Origin: Octopus vulgaris | Taxonomy: Eukaryota | Direction: 5' to 3' | Assembly: GCA_951406725.2 (NCBI GenBank) | Contig: OX597815.1 | Location: 207,886,001-207,950,000, forward strand | DNA: 64,000 bases | In this document: piece by piece, positions 1 through 10,109 of the stretch | Layout of the letters: each line of letters begins with the position of its first letter | How positions within the stretch are numbered: the first letter of the stretch is position 1 | Notes under the pieces: generated by a model | What the model was told of the DNA's origin: nothing | Database searches by the model: none | What the model saw: only the letters and a program-made list of their open reading frames with translations | Program-made: the position numbers and the translations under genes

Positions 1-10
1 TATATATATA

Positions 11-58
<48 letters not shown>

Positions 59-263
59 TAGATACATATATACACATACATATATCTGTGTGCATTATAT
101 ATATGTATGTATGTATGTGCTATATATATATATATATATATATATATAGATACATATCTATACATACATATATATATATATATAGATACATATATACATA
201 CATACATATATATATAGATACATATATATATACATACATATATATATATATATATATATTATG

Positions 264-294
<31 letters not shown>

Positions 295-649
295 ATGTGA
301 TATATATATATATATATCTTCTTCAATCTGAGCATATATGTGAACGTTAAAATCATCATCGTTAATCTAAATTACTTTCAAATCTTGTGGAACATGACAT
401 GTAAAATATAATATTGTGAAGTATGAGTGTGAGTATGAGTATGTGTGTATGCGTGTGAGTGTGTGCATGTGTATGCGTGAGTGTTTGTGTATGTGTGTTG
501 TGAATATGTGTGTTTGTGATGTCTACGCAACTGTCCATCCACATCTGTCTCTCTGTCTGTCAGCGTTCATCTGTGTCTGTCTTTGTCTATCTATCTCTCT
601 CTCTCTGTCTGTCCATCCATCCGTCTATCTATCTATCTATCTATCTATG

Positions 650-694
<45 letters not shown>

Positions 695-735
695 TTATAT
701 CTATCTATCTATCTATATCTATCTATATACACACA
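1..735. repeat. Compound microsatellites (TA)n, (TG)n, (TCTG)n, (TCTA)n
   Basis: Simple repeats read directly; they explain the YI- and CV-rich ORFs at 88-866. Confidence 0.95.
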
Positions 736-1184
736 TAAACACATCTTTTTCCTTAGTCCACTTGTCTCTTTTAGTCTTCATGTCTAAGGCCATTCTAGCG
801 CAAAGTCTTTTTAAGTCAAATGTTCTGTCTCTGTTTCCTTTCCATATATGTCTAGAGATCCAATAATTTTTGCTTGTGTTTTTCCTAATGTGCAACATTC
901 CTAGATTACAAATCAAGAATTTCTAAAGTCTACTTTGTTTTAGTTATAGTTCTTCCCTTTTTTTCAACTGACTTGTCTATGTTACAGTTATATGAACTGA
1001 GATACGACTGGGAAAACTCAGGTGCAGGGCATATACAAAGGATGTTCATCCAGTATACTAGTCCAAGGCCTCTATCTTCCTATCAGGGTCCTTCCTTAAG
1101 ACCTTACAGCTGAATTTTGAAAGGCTCCTACCACTTGAGGATTCTACAACCTGAGGATTCCACCAACTCAGGATTCCACCCCCT

Positions 1185-1320
1185 GGCCAAATTTGACCCA
1201 TAGCAGAGTCTCCAAGAAAAATTTTGAAATATGGAACAAAAGTGCTTTCAGGCCTGAAAGCACTTTTGTTCCACATTTCAAAATTTCTCTTGGAGGCTCT
1301 GCTATGGGTAAAATTTGGCC
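1185..1320. repeat. 136-bp near-perfect palindrome (fold-back element)
   Basis: ggccaaatttgacccatagcagag...gctttcagg|cctgaaagc...ctctgctatgggtaaaatttggcc; centre at 1252/1253, no spacer, few mismatches. Confidence 0.9.
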
Positions 1321-1369
1321 TAGTAAACCTTTTGGGAAGTAATCGATTAACTGAGGGTTTCTAAAGTCT

Positions 1370-1587
1370 TTAACCCTTTGACATTTACATCAGTCATACC
1401 TGGTTCAAATATTCTTCCTGATGAATGTTCAAAATATCTGGAACCTGCAATGTCATTCTAAACATAAACAGTCAAATAGTCATACTACCAAAGCCTCAAA
1501 GCTATAAGATAATACATGTTTAATTAAAAAGAATGTTAATAAAAAGGTATAAAATTTGACAGAGTAACCTGAACACTAAATGGTTAG
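1370..1587. mobile_element. piggyBac-like MITE (family 1), degenerate
   Basis: Starts TTAA-CCCTTT and ends ...ctaaatggttag; body similar to 59560-59779 and 63155-63212. Confidence 0.55.
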
Positions 1588-1786
1588 AGGCCAATTGGTG
1601 TTAAACGAAGCAAAGAAATATGTTTGGTCAAAAATATGGAAGTGGAATGTTTAAGTTCATATAACTGAGTTTGTATTATGCTTCTACATATATTGCAACA
1701 ACCTACAGTAAGAACTAATATTAGTAGGTAGTATAATATAGATAGCATTATGTAGGTAGTATTGAGTTGGCAAGCTGGCAGAATTA

Positions 1787-3056
1787 TTAGGTCAAATATG
1801 AAATTTGTAGTAAGGTATATGGTAAACTTTGACAGCTGCTCATTTTTTGTCATTATTATATTTTGACAACCATTATTTTTTTGTTTGAAAGCTGACACAT
1901 CTATTTCTTTATTCTAACTCATTTTGCACTTTATAAAATATTTATAAATCGTTTTTTGCTATTTTTGTTTAGAGATAGATAAGTCGGAAATTTGTACAGT
2001 TTTGAAGTATGAGTTCTTTCTTGGAAATATTGCATCACAGACAGCTTGGAATATTAATGGAGTATTTCATTCTAATGTCATTACACAGCAGACAGTATCA
2101 AATTGGTTTGCAAAATTTCATTCTGGTAACTTTAACCTCACAAATGAGCAATGTGGTTGGCCCCAAAAATAGGTGGATAATGATGAACTGAAAGCCACTG
2201 TCGAGTCAGATCCATCTCAAAGTGCCCGTGAATTATCGTTGCTGTTTGGTGTTAGCAAGTAAACAATATTGACACACCTAGTTCAAATTGGTAAAGTGAA
2301 AAAGTTGGATAGGTGGGTTCCACATGAACTCAATGAAAATCAGAATCAGCAATGTTTCGAAGCCTGCATTATGCAACTTTCTCGTCACAAAAATGAATAA
2401 TTTTTTAATCGAATTGTAACATGTGATGAGAAATGGATCCAATACAACAACCATAAACGTTTAGCCCAATGGTTGGACAAAGACAGTCCAAAAAGCAAAA
2501 TTCATCAAAAGGAGCTGATGGTGTGTGTTTGGTGGTCTAGCACAGGTGTGATCCACTATGATTTCATTAAACCTGGCTCATCAATCACGGCCAAAGTATA
2601 CTGCAGCCAACTGGACCAAATGATGCAGAAACTTACAAAGCAACGGCTTAGATTAGTCAACAGATCCACTCCTATTTTATTGCAGGACAACTCCAGACCA
2701 CACATTGCAAAAATGACATTGGCGAAACTACAGGAGTTGGAGTTGGAAGTTCTCTATCATTCACCATACTCACCTGATCTTGCCCCCTCTGATTACCACT
2801 TCTTCCAGAATTTGGATAACTTTTTGATAGGAAAAAAATTTAATTCTGTCGATACTGTAAAACAGGCATTCCAAGATTTTATTAACTCTAGATTGCCAGG
2901 CTTTTACAGTTCCAGGCTGGACAAGCTACCACTGAAATGGCAAAGGTGTATTGATAGTATGGGTATATACTTTGATGAATAAAACTATTCCTTGTATTTA
3001 TAAAACATTAGCAAACTTCGTTTTCTTTTCTATAAATTTCATACTTGACGACTTAA
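1787..3056 (+). mobile_element. Mariner DNA transposon (Hsmar1/cecropia-like), decayed, inserted in a SINE
   Basis: Imperfect TIRs ttaggtc-aaatatgaaattt (1787) and aaatttcatacttgacgacttaa (3056), TA flanks, internal transposase. Confidence 0.9.
1975..2982 (+). pseudogene. Mariner transposase pseudogene (DD34D)
   Basis: One frame: xDKSEI...WVPHEL...VTCDEKW...LQDNSRPH...YSPDLAPSDYHFF...YFDE*; start is ATA and there are three in-frame stops (TAG, TAA, TAA) upstream of 2473. Confidence 0.93.
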
Positions 3057-3060
3057 TATA

Positions 3061-3236
3061 TTAGCATGCTGAACAAAATGCTTGGTGGCATTTCATTCCA
3101 CTTCATGTTCTGAGTTCAAATTCCACCAAGGTCAACTTTCATCCTTTTGGGGTCGATAAATTAACAACCAGTTGAGCACTATAATCAACTTAACCCCTCG
3201 CCCAAAATTTCAGGGCTTGTGCATATAGTAGAAAGG
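3061..3236 (+). mobile_element. SINE family A, 3' part; its 5' end (ggcaagctggcagaat) lies at about 1769-1786, split off by the mariner
   Basis: ttagcatgctg...ttctgagttcaaattcc...tttcatccttttggggtcgataaatta matches other family A copies. Confidence 0.8.
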
Positions 3237-4027
3237 TAGTATCATCTACCCACTATAGCTGAGGTTTCTGATGTCATAAATGGAACTTGCTGACTTAATA
3301 TGGTAGACTTCCAAGCTTTCACAGATACTGTTAAAACTTTGATTCAGGTATTACCTATTGATATCTAATCATCCATAGGAATATGTTCACAGGTTTTAAT
3401 ATACACACAAAGGGAAGGAAAACTCACAAAAAATAATTAATTAATTAATTAATTAATCAATTAATTAATGTTGCAAAATTTTCAGGAAAATTACAAAGAT
3501 GTTAAAAGATCAAAACTCAAAAATTTAATAGTTTACACTTAAAAGCTACATTATGCATTTGAGATTGTGAAAAAATTATGGAGTGAATTAATAAACACGT
3601 GCTTATTGAACTAATTGGTTTGTTAACAAGACTGGAATTAATAAAAGCCTTGGCTTGTTCTCTTTGTTCGTTAAATATATTTAAAGGACTGAGGTGTTTC
3701 ATGATCTGAGACTACCCTTTTCATATCCAGCTGAAGTACGCATTGTCGTATTGTGTTCAGGAATACAAAGTAACACATGCGAAAGATTCTATATTCATGA
3801 ATGATTGACAGATCGCCTGTTTCCCTCTTATAAACATGTATTAGCCTCCTTGGACATTCCAACCGAACAAGAAGTTCCGAGATGCACCAATTAGTTGTTC
3901 ACTGCATTTCTAAAGGAACGCATTCGGAATGTTTGTGTTATGTTAGGTCAGATGATCGCAAAAATAGCTTCTGGAAGTGGGTTATAAATGGATGATTGAC
4001 AATAGGAATTTCTTACTCAGCATAAAG

Positions 4028-4029
<2 letters not shown>

Positions 4030-4101
<72 letters not shown>

Positions 4102-4242
4102 GGAGAGAGAAAGGAGAGAAAGAGGAGAGAGAGGGAAAGAGAGAGCAAGAGAGAGAGAAGGAGAGGGAGAGAGAGAGAGAGAGTCTGTGTCTGTATTTGT
4201 GTATGTGTGTGGATTTGAATGTATGTGTATGTATGTGCATAA

Positions 4243-4270
<28 letters not shown>
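4030..4270. repeat. (GA)n then (TG)n microsatellites
   Basis: Simple repeats read directly. Confidence 0.95.
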
Positions 4271-4274
<4 letters not shown>

Positions 4275-4447
4275 AGATGTAACAGTTCAGGACTTCATAC
4301 AACAATGTCTTTGCTACTGTATTAACAGAATAACTGGCTTCCGAATGCTCTGCAGCTTGAGGACATTTTATGAAGTATCACTGTTATCTCCCTTGATATT
4401 AGCAGTTGATGGCAAGTTCTTTAGTGGTCTAAAATAACTAGTTTCTC

Positions 4448-4650
4448 AGAGCTGGTAGAATCGTTACGGCACCAGACAAAATGCTTGGCAGCATATTGTC
4501 CGTATTGATGTTCTGAGTTCAAATACTGCCAAATTCAACTCTGCCTTTCATCCTTTCAAGGTTGATAAAATAAATACTAGTTGAGTGCTGGGGTCGATGT
4601 AATCAACTTACTCTCTTCCTCCAAATTTCTGGCCTTGTTACAAATTTGAA
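4448..4650 (+). mobile_element. SINE family A copy
   Basis: gagctggtagaatcgtta...ttctgagttcaaat...gcctttcatcctttcaaggttgataaaat. Confidence 0.8.
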
Positions 4651-4695
4651 ATAAAAATTACTATGATCTAAGGCAGTGAGATGACAATTGTTAGC

Positions 4696-4925
4696 TTTTA
4701 AAGGCGGCAAGCTGGCAGAAACATTAGCAGGCTGGGCGAAATGCGTAGCAGTATTTCATCTGCTGCTACGTTCTGAGTTCAAATTCTGCTGAAGTCGGCT
4801 TTGCCTTTCATCCTTTTGGGGTTGATAAATTAAGTACCAGTTACACACTAGAGTTGATGTAATCGACATAATCCCTTGCTTGTCCCCTCTATGTTTAGCC
4901 CCTTTGTGGGCAATAAAGAAATAAG
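4696..4925 (+). mobile_element. SINE family A copy nested in an older family A copy (about 4670-5490)
   Basis: Full ggcggcaagctggcagaaac...caataaagaaataag unit flanked by 10-bp TSD aattgttagc (4686-4695, 4926-4935). Confidence 0.88.
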
Positions 4926-5038
4926 AATTGTTAGCATGCTGGGTAAAATGCTTAGCAGTACTTCATCTATATTAATGTTTTGAGTTCAAATTCCATCAAG
5001 GTTAACTTTGTCTTTCATCCTTTCAGGGACGATGTAAT

Positions 5039-5431
5039 CAGGCGTGGCGCATGACTTTTAAAGGCCCCTTGCAACTCTTTGATTTGAGGACCCATTCCTT
5101 CAATCAAAATTTATAATCTATGCACCTTTTATTAATAGCTATATTTTACTTTATTCTATCTGAAGTTCAATATTTCACAATATCCTAAAGAAAATATTTA
5201 AATAGGGACGTTTGTGGTACAAGGTAATATTTTTACAAGAACTTTTGCAGGTACAATGTATTACCATTTTATTTCTTGAAATTTTCTATTAACATAATTT
5301 AATTCTTGCTCAACACCTTAACCAAAGTAAATAGATGACTTATCTGCGTACTTTGATCTTAATATGGAGCCTCTCAAAAGCAGAGGGCCCCCTGCAACTA
5401 TAGGGATTGCAGGGGCTTAGCGACAGCCCTG
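5039..5431. mobile_element. hAT-like MITE
   Basis: 8-bp TSD gatgtaat (5031-5038, 5432-5439); imperfect TIR caggcgtggcgc / gcgacagccctg. Confidence 0.8.
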
Positions 5432-5494
5432 GATGTAATTGACTTACTCCCTTCCCCCAAATTGCTGGCCTGGTGCCAAAATATGAGACCAATA

Positions 5495-5705
5495 TTCTTT
5501 TCTACTCTAGGCACAAGGCCTGAAATCTTGGGCAAGGGTGAGCCAGTCGATTAGATTTACCCCAGTATGCAACTGATATTTAATTTATTGACCGCAAAAG
5601 GATGAAAAACAAAGTTGACCTCAGCAGAATTTGAACTGAGAATGTAAAGACAGATGAAATACTGTTCAGCATTTTGCTTGGCATGTCAACGTTTTCACCA
5701 GCTCA
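5495..5705 (-). mobile_element. SINE family A copy
   Basis: Reverse complement of family A body (ggatgaaa...gacctcagcagaatttgaact...ccagctc). Confidence 0.8.
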
Positions 5706-5892
5706 TGGGACCAATATTACTATGAACTCAACAACTTTTGTTTACAATCTATTGGCTGTATATGTTAGGTAGAACAATTAACCAGAATACTCAAGCATAC
5801 ATCATGTTGCTTGGACTTGAACTTTACAGAAGATAGCCCTTCTTTCTATATGTATTCTATCTGAAATCTTGCATAATGCTTCAAACATATAA

Positions 5893-6986
5893 ACTGGCAA
5901 CGAGTACAGTGAAGAATTCCAGGTAGAGGTAGGGGTCCACCAAGGTTCAGTCTTCAGCCCCCTCCTATTTATCATAGTCCTCCAGATAATAATGGAGGAA
6001 TTCAAGACAGGATGCCCCTGGGAGCTCCTCTATGCTGATGACCTTGCTCTAATTGCTGAGTCACTATCAGAACTGGAGGAGAAGTTTCAGTTGTGGAAGC
6101 AAGGATTAAAATTGAAGGGCCTTAGAGTCAATCTAGCTAAAACCAAAGTCTTAATAAGTAGGAAGGTAGACAAATCACAAACGCCTTCAGGTAGATGGCC
6201 CTGCTTGAACTGTAGAAAAGGTGTAGGTAGAAACTCTATAAGATGCACCAAGTGTAAGCTATGGACACATAAGAGGTGCAGCAATGTCAAAGGAAGGCTA
6301 ACTAGGAAAATAGTTTTTGTATGTGGCAGATGCTCAGGAGCAATACACACTGAAAATGCACAGAGACCAACTTCCACCACATTCCAGGGAGAAAAACTAG
6401 AAATAGTTGATAGTTTCCATTACCTAGGTGACCAAGTCAGTAGTGGAGGTGGGTGTGCTGAAAGTGTAACTGCTAGAGGAAGAATAGCCTAGGCAAAGTT
6501 CAGAGAGCTCTTACCTCTGCTGGTGACAAAAGGCCTCTCGCTCAGAGTAAAAGGCAGACTGTATGACGCATGTGTACGAACAGCCATGCTACATGGTAGT
6601 GAAACATGGGCCGTGACTTCTGAGGATATGCATAAGCTCGCAAGAAATGAAGCCAGTATGCTCCGATGGATGTGTAATGTCAGTGTTCATACTCGACAGA
6701 GTGTAAGTACCTTGAGAGAAAAGTTGGACCTAAGAAGCATCAGTTGTGGTGTGCAAGAGAGACGTTTGCGCTGGTATGGTCATGTGCAAGAATGGATGAA
6801 GATAGTTGTGTGAAAAAGTGCCACACCCTAGCGGTTGAGGGAACCTGTGGAAGAGGTAGACCCAGGAAAACCTGGGATGAGGTGGTGAAGCACGACCTTC
6901 GAACTTTAGGTCTCACCGAGGAAATGACTAGAGACCGAGACCTTTGGAAGTATGCTGTGCGTGAGAAGACCCAGCAGCACAAGTGA
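5893..6986 (+). pseudogene. Reverse transcriptase C-terminal half (RTE type) with inserted PHD-like finger
   Basis: GVHQGSVFSPLLF, LLYADDLAL, VNLAKTKVL, FHYLGD, GSETW, RRLRWYGHV, GRGRPRKTW; TAG for Trp at 6490-6492 and a frameshift near 6788. Confidence 0.92.
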
Positions 6987-7179
6987 GACCATAACCCGTG
7001 GCCTTTACCTGGGATGTAGCCAGTCCACCTGTGCATACCTTTCCTTCTTGGGACACAAAACTCTACTTGTGAAGACCTGTTGAGGCAAGTGAGAATCAGA
7101 ATCAAAATCAAAATCAAAATCAAAATCGATCAACATGGAAATTGTAGCTGTGATACCAGTGCCAGTGGCATGTAAGCGA

Positions 7180-8120
7180 ACCATCCGAACGTGGCCGTTG
7201 CCAGCACTGCCCTGACAGGCCTCCGTGCCGGTGGCTTGTAAAAAGCACCATCCATTCGTGGCCATTGCCAGCCTCACCTGGCCCTCGTGCCAGTGGCACG
7301 TGAAAAGCACCATCCGATCGTGGCCATTGCCAGCACTGCCCTGACAGGCCTCCGTGCCGGTGGCTTGTAAAAGCACCATCCATTCGTGGCCATTGCCAGC
7401 CTCACCTGGCCCTCGTGCCAGTGGCACGTGAAAAGCACCATCCGATCGTGGCCATTGCCAGCACTGCCCTGACAGGCCTCCGTGCCGGTGGCTTGTAAAA
7501 AGCACCATCCATTCGTGGCCATTGCCAGCCTCACCTGGCCCTCGTGCCAGTGGCACGTGAAAAGCACCATCCGATCGTGGCCATTGCCAGCACTGCCCTG
7601 ACAGGCCTCCGTGCCGGTGGCTTGTAAAAGCACCATCCATTCGTGGCCATTGCCAGCCTCACCTGGCCCTCGTGCCAGTGGCACGTGAAAAGCACCATCC
7701 GATCGTGGCCATTGCCAGCACTGCCCTGACAGGCCTCCGTGCCGGTGGCTTGTAAAAAGCACCATCCATTCGTGGCCATTGCCAGCCTCACCTGGCCCTC
7801 GTGCCAGTGGCACGTGAAAAGCACCATCCGATCGTGGCCATTGCCAGCACTGCCCTGACAGGCCTCCGTGCCGGTGGCTTGTAAAAAGCACCATCCATTC
7901 GTGGCCATTGCCAGCCTCACCTGGCCCTCGTGCCAGTGGCACGTGAAAAGCACCATCTGATCGTGGCCATTGCCAGCACTGCCCTGACAGGCCTCCGTGC
8001 CGGTGGCTTGTAAAAAGCACCATCCATTCGTGGCCATTGCCAGCCTCACCTGGCCCTCGTGCCAGTGGCACGTGAAAAGCACCATCCGATCGTGGCCATT
8101 GCCAGCCTCACCTGGCACGT
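7180..8120 (+). repeat. Tandem array, 128/129-bp dimer of related 62-bp and 66/67-bp units, about 7 copies
   Basis: Unit A starts at 7241, 7369, 7498, 7626, 7755, 7884 and 8013; copies nearly identical. Confidence 0.95.
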
Positions 8121-8334
8121 AAAAAGCACCCACTACACTCACGGAGTGGTTGGCGTTGGGAAGGGCATCCAGCCGTAGAAACATTGCCAGATCAGACTGG
8201 GCCTGGTGCAGCCTCCTGGCTTCCCAGACCCCAGTTGAACCGTCCAACCCATGCTAGCATGGAAAGTGGACGCTAAATGATGATGATGATGATATATATG
8301 TATGTAATCAGCAACAAGAATAACTTCGGTAATT

Positions 8335-8418
8335 TGGTACGATCGTTTCATGTTACATCATTTTATTAAATATCATAAGTATTACAACAGTTTTAAAATG
8401 TTGAGCAATCATCAGCCA
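8335..8418 (-). ncRNA. Type I hammerhead ribozyme motif with long stem II
   Basis: Minus strand: UGG-CUGAUGA-U[long AU-rich stem II]U-GAAA-CGAUCG-UA-CCA; palindromic stem III ACGAUCGU. Confidence 0.6.
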
Positions 8419-8526
8419 TTTATAGAGGTTTAAAATTCAAATCGACATCTTTGTCTATATATCTACCTTCTCTATAATGTTATCAATTAATATGAAAATT
8501 ATGTATTAATAGAAAACCTCTATAAA

Positions 8527-8610
8527 TGGCTGATGATTGCTCAACATTTTAAAACTGCTGTAATACTTACAATATTTAATAAAATGATGTAACGTGAAAC
8601 GATTGTACCA
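8527..8610 (+). ncRNA. Type I hammerhead ribozyme motif (second, inverted copy)
   Basis: tgg-ctgatga(8530)-t...t-gaaa(8596)-cgattg-ta-cca. Confidence 0.55.
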
Positions 8611-8877
8611 ACTTACCGAAGTTATGCTTGTTGCTTACTTTGATTATAATCACCCCCATGGATTTATATGGATAACACCATACAAAATTCTGGTGCATCT
8701 AACTTAAGTAACATATGCATTTGAATCTAAATTTTGCTGAACTTATATATGTATGTATATATATAATTAATATTATCAAAGGGTAATCAGAAATATTCAT
8801 AAATATTTGAAAATTCCATTACCAGTGGCCTAGTGTGTAAAAATTTAGTCAATAGACTATATATTATTCATACAAAT

Positions 8878-9048
8878 ACAGTGTACATTTAAACACATAA
8901 GAGGTAGCCGTCACAGGAGTTAAATGATAAATGTTTTTACTTTTCATTCCCTTCGATTTTTATCTCTAATAGTGGTTTGGAATTTAACTGTCGTCTCTAG
9001 CATGTAGGTAGTCCTATGATGGCTACCTCTTATGTGTTTAAATGTACA

Positions 9049-9052
<4 letters not shown>
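8878..9052. repeat. Fold-back with about 40-bp inverted arms
   Basis: acagtgtacatttaaacacataagaggtagccgtcacagga ... tcctatgatggctacctcttatgtgtttaaatgtacactgt. Confidence 0.85.
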
Positions 9053-9088
<36 letters not shown>

Positions 9089-9089
<1 letters not shown>

Positions 9090-9425
9090 TAAAAGGAATT
9101 CCAACCTTGTCTGATTTTCACATTTTATTTACAATCTTATAATGATATAATATACGATAATATAATATAATAGAATAAAATAAAATAGTAGAATGTTAAA
9201 TGTTCATTCTGATTGAACTAGTACTTTCATGCATTAAATTCTGCAATCTTCAGGTTCATGTAGTAGTGGTGACAGTCATGCTTCACAATTTTTGTGAAGT
9301 CAAGAAAGAACATTTAACATTCTACTATTTTATTTTATTCTATTATATTATATTATCTTATATTATATCATTATAAGATTGTAAATAAAACGTGAAAATC
9401 AGACAAGTTTGGAATTCCTTTTATT
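9089..9425 (-). mobile_element. Fold-back element, probable Penelope-like pseudo-LTR remnant
   Basis: About 115-bp inverted arms (9089-9205, 9308-9424) enclosing a minimal hammerhead; lies between (TA)n tracts. Confidence 0.7.
9214..9258 (-). ncRNA. Minimal type I hammerhead ribozyme
   Basis: Minus strand: UGAAC-CUGAAGA-U-UGCA-gaauuuaa-UGCA-U-GAAA-GUAC-UA-GUUCA; 5-bp stem I, 4-bp stem II, palindromic stem III AGUACU, complete catalytic core. Confidence 0.8.
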
Positions 9426-9465
9426 AATATATTCTTCTATACACAATCACACACACCCGTATATA

Positions 9466-9507
<42 letters not shown>

Positions 9508-9546
9508 CACATATATATACATATATATATATATATACATATACAC

Positions 9547-9581
<35 letters not shown>

Positions 9582-9869
9582 ACTGTTAAACTGTTAGAGA
9601 TGATGCAGATAAGTTCTGTCTATAGAAACTTGCTATCTGATGGACTTCTCTTTCATAAAACTACTTTCATATGCTTTGTTTGTTCAAATATATATTTTTC
9701 ATCGTGATATGGTATTTGTTTAAGTTAGTAGTTACAAGGTTGTTTTTATCTGCTAGTCTTATTGGTGCTAATAGCCTGGAATCATCGGGCAGAGCTCACT
9801 AAATATGGCATTTTCAGACATAAGATGACTGATAGAATATCCAATACCCAAGAAATATTGGTTTTTTTC

Positions 9870-10085
9870 GAATTTTGGCACAAGGCAAGCAACTATAGGG
9901 GATAGGGTGTGTCAATTGCATCGACCTCAGTACTCAACTGGGACTTATTTTATTGACCCTGAAAGGAAGTAAGGTAAAGTTGACCTCGGTGGAATTTGAA
10001 CTCAGAACTTAAAGATAGACAAAAGGCTGCTAAATATTTTGCCTAGTATGCTGATGGTTCTGCCAGCTCACCAGCTCACTACCTT
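9870..10085 (-). mobile_element. SINE family A copy
   Basis: Reverse-complement match to family A. Confidence 0.75.
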
Positions 10086-10109
10086 ACTGCCCACGAAATA
10101 TTACTAAAT

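Larger units (their letters stand above)
5893..8292 (+). mobile_element. 5'-truncated RTE-clade LINE with 3' UTR minisatellite and (GAT)n tail
   Basis: RT ORF remnant, then 3' UTR, tandem array and terminal ...cccatgctagcatggaaagtggacgctaaa(tga)n shared with many short copies in the window. Confidence 0.88.
8310..8745 (+). mobile_element. Fold-back element, probable Penelope-like pseudo-LTR remnant with an inverted 5' copy
   Basis: About 120-bp inverted arms (8310-8431, 8513-8635), each carrying a hammerhead motif; flanked by TA-rich microsatellite. Confidence 0.65.

Noticed and set aside
2473-2982. Intact transposase or SETMAR-like gene
   Set aside because: The upstream part of the same frame has a lost start and three stops; no SET domain seen
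7180-8120. CRISPR-like appearance and long minus-strand ORFs (211-265 aa)
   Set aside because: No unique spacers and no cas genes, in a eukaryotic LINE UTR; the ORFs are read-through of a 129-bp (3n) repeat
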